Source of the DNA: an uncultured virus (IMG/VR IMGVR_UViG_3300025009_000081)
Taxonomy: Duplodnaviria > Heunggongvirae > Uroviricota > Caudoviricetes
Reading direction: 5' to 3' (one strand)
Length of the DNA stretch: 20,000 bases
Virus record (IMG/VR): IMGVR_UViG_3300025009_000081
Every line of letters starts with the position of its first letter. Position 1 is the first letter of the stretch. The translations under genes were made by a program, and so were the position numbers. Under the pieces are notes generated by a model. That model saw nothing but the letters and a program-made list of their open reading frames with translations, was not told the origin of the DNA and ran no database searches. Positions 18,701 through 20,000 of this stretch are shown here, in pieces.

Positions 18701-20000
18701 GTAATGTAACAGGTAACTGTTCAGGCACAGCAGCCACGGTCACAGGTGCAGCACAGGCATCCATAACATCAGTAGGCACACTGTCAACACTCACAGTCAG
18801 TGGAGCCATCGCATCCTCAAATGGCTTATCAACATTCACATACACTACGATAGATGGAAACACACCTTTAACTGTAACAAATGCAGGTGTAATTGCCGGA
18901 AGATTTATCGGAGCAGCAACCGACACAACGGTAGCAAATGGCTCTGGGGTTAGATTAGCCCTAAGAAATAGCAATGGTACAAATAATAACTATTCTCAAA
19001 TACAATTTGAAGAAAGCAACGGTAGTCCAAGTGCTTTAATTACTTGCAAGCATTTAGTACATAGTGCAACAGTACCAGAAAGCGAACTTTACTTTTTTAC
19101 CAGAAATGGGGCTAGTCTTACTCAGGCAATGAAGCTAGACAAGGTTGGAGCAGTAACCATTACAGGAGCCATCACCGGAGCAACGACCACAAACACGATC
19201 AACGGTGTTATAATAAATAGTGGTGCTGTTAGTGGTGTATCTACACTGACTACTACTTCAAACGTAACGATTAGCACTGTAGCAAATGGATTGACTATAG
19301 GAACTGTCACGACTGCCTCAGATGCTGCTGTTCAAATTGGTGCTACTCTAGCTAACGGTTTTCATTATCTGGACTATTGTGTTGCTGATGCCTACTCTGC
19401 ACAATATGCTATAAGAAAATCTAGAGGTACTGCTGCATCACCAGCATCTGTATCTAGTGGTGATGTTTTAGGAACATATGGATTTTATGCGCACGATGGT
19501 ACTAACTGGTATAAGACAGCACAGATTAGAGCTACTATATCAGCAACAACTGGAACTACAGATTTACCTACAAAACTAGATTTTTACACAACACCCGATG
19601 GTAGTGCTACTGCTGCAATAGCATTGACATTAGGAGCGGACAAATCAGCTACTTTTTATGGTGCTGCTAGTGGGGTTACAAGTTTTGCAGCATCAGGCCG
19701 TATTACAACCACAGACACAACAGAGGCCACTACTACCAGTGACGGTAGTATTGCTACTGCTGGGGGCATAAGTTGTGTTAAAGCTATCTATGCAGGTGGT
19801 GATCTCACAGTGCTTGGTAGTAACGTGACACTTGCACCTGGTGGCGTTACGTTTAAATGTGATGAAGCTGGATCTGAGCCTGGTAGCCAATTTATTTTTC
19901 GTGTGGACAATGCGACTAGATTATCAATGGGCTCGGGTGCTGCTACATTTACGATACCTGTAATAACAACGCAGTATAAATTATCAGCACTTAACACGGC
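15730..20000 (+). CDS. Giant modular tail fibre 2 (>1423 aa, 3' truncated; absent from the ORF track)
   Basis: ATG 15730 after GAGGA; manual translation shows no stop to base 20000; Thr/Gly/Ala/Ser-rich with fibre motifs ATKLATARAINGVDFDGSAAI and DNSTKVATTAYV. Confidence 0.92.
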   Translation, partial: MAKMVADLVEATILDKDDLLYVVRGTSTTSGKKMKGSQFLMEVLTASGNTGIDLSSKTSDLLVEMTGADAGPKTFVCTAAEYLPLGRRFIFANNGSGTTVYTLTLPDLTTHTVNPGDTITIICLAAGIIVEKNILGNALTATRLQTARTINGTSFDGSANITVTAAAGTLTGATLASNVTASYLTSVGILTAVQVDNVNIDGNTIASTSGDLNINPFAGSKILLDATISVDAGVITGATSITSTTFLGDLNGTINTATTAATQSQGDNSTKVATTAYVDAAVLTEDFWTRTSTTVTLKTSGDTLNLSGDFQVATSKFTVAALTGNTAIYGDLAVATNKFTVASATGNTVVAGTFHGAGDFDIATNLFQIAAATGNTLIAGTLGVTGAITGNLTGNCSGTAATVTGAAQTSITSLGTLTALQVDNVNINGDTISNTTGILYLTPYTGNAVVIDGYFSFDGTILTGITDSNMTITAPTGRNIGIEGVTFDGGVVGGISSLGVTGTRVTAGFFTDLTITNAISGSITGNAATATKLATARAINGVDFDGSAAITVTAAGSTLTGTSLNSTIVSSSLTSVGTLSSLAMGGNIALGSNYLSGDGGNEGLQIDASGNATFSGVINGTSASLSSSIACTTISSYFSLNLTNTMARPISIKHITSGTQTDGFGVGISYATQTGAGDPNIVGYLGFVRAGADGTSDLVGLPSTTGTPTERFRVSSAGVLSSITSIGVTGARIANAFFTDLAVTNAIAGSITGTAAKATNLVGGNSTTLLGSIGYQSNTDTTTMLVPNTTSTKKFLRMTGTGTNGAVPVWDTIVDADIPNLTGKTYNGLTLTAASVGFTIAGGTTSKTLTINNTLALSGTDSTVITLPATTGTVALNNQTFYLGSTSIAINRASASIALTGITSIDGSSASCTGNAATVTTNANLTGVVTSTGNTTAIASGAIKANMLQSAASDLGAANVTIDLSNTNGAYVTNVTIDGTYTGTFSGNLTGNVTGNCSGTAATVTGAAQASITSVGTLSTLTVSGAIASSNGLSTFTYTTIDGNTPLTVTNAGVIAGRFIGAATDTTVANGSGVRLALRNSNGTNNNYSQIQFEESNGSPSALITCKHLVHSATVPESELYFFTRNGASLTQAMKLDKVGAVTITGAITGATTTNTINGVIINSGAVSGVSTLTTTSNVTISTVANGLTIGTVTTASDAAVQIGATLANGFHYLDYCVADAYSAQYAIRKSRGTAASPASVSSGDVLGTYGFYAHDGTNWYKTAQIRATISATTGTTDLPTKLDFYTTPDGSATAAIALTLGADKSATFYGAASGVTSFAASGRITTTDTTEATTTSDGSIATAGGISCVKAIYAGGDLTVLGSNVTLAPGGVTFKCDEAGSEPGSQFIFRVDNATRLSMGSGAATFTIPVITTQYKLSALNT
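16135..18792 (+). repeat. Dispersed protein-level repeat modules in fibre 2
   Basis: GNA.TAT.L.TAR.ING..FDGSA.ITVTAA at 16135 and 17302; TGNCSGTAATVTGAAQ.SITS.GTL at ~16906 and ~18709; GVTG.R....FFTDL..TNAI.GSITG at ~17224 and ~17908; three tandem GD..VAT.KF.VA..TGNT at 16651-16860. Confidence 0.88.

Larger units (their letters stand above)
1..20000 (+). mobile_element. Contractile-tailed phage/prophage head-neck-tail-baseplate-fibre module
   Basis: About 20 co-oriented, abutting or overlapping ORFs in canonical myovirus order. No integrase, att site or host gene in the window, so free phage versus prophage cannot be decided. Confidence 0.96.

Noticed and set aside
357..19997. Minus-strand ORFs in the track, including the similar-looking pair 357..560 and 4328..4741
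   Set aside because: Antisense shadows of biased + strand genes, with no RBS or recognisable motifs noticed. The shared VTADPP simply mirrors GGSAVT in the duplicated domain.
15711..20000. Apparent non-coding or fragmented region in the ORF track
   Set aside because: It is a single open + strand frame from 15730 with its stop beyond the window.
14253..20000. Diversity-generating retroelement, invertible fibre cassette or CRISPR array
   Set aside because: No reverse transcriptase or invertase, no adenine-specific template/variable repeat pair, and no identical spaced repeats; repeats differ at synonymous sites. Elements outside the window cannot be excluded.
1..20000. Stop-codon reassignment
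   Set aside because: Genes are full length under the standard code and end in TAA, TGA and TAG at sensible boundaries.

Overview
The whole window is one co-oriented (+ strand), tightly packed virion morphogenesis operon of a tailed phage or prophage with a contractile tail (myovirus type, DUF2184 capsid / DUF3383 sheath / DUF3277 tube gene set). Gene order: end of a probable protease/scaffold gene, capsid cement protein, major capsid protein, neck genes, sheath, tube, tail assembly chaperones, tape measure, baseplate genes, a 485-aa fibre with an S74 autocleaving chaperone, and a >1423-aa fibre (15730 to the window end) that the ORF track missed because it has no stop in the window. Family names come from motif recognition and gene order, not from database searches. 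Most notable: (1) a 3x8-residue acidic peptide occurs in both the head-closure protein and the baseplate wedge C-terminus, matched by two fibres with paralogous N-termini, suggesting a modular fibre-docking system at neck and baseplate; (2) one ~85-aa domain is inserted in both the capsid cement protein and the sheath; (3) a 7-bladed beta-propeller is fused to the baseplate wedge protein; (4) a complete -1 frameshift cassette (internal SD, C CCT TTC, hairpin) lies in the tail chaperone gene.
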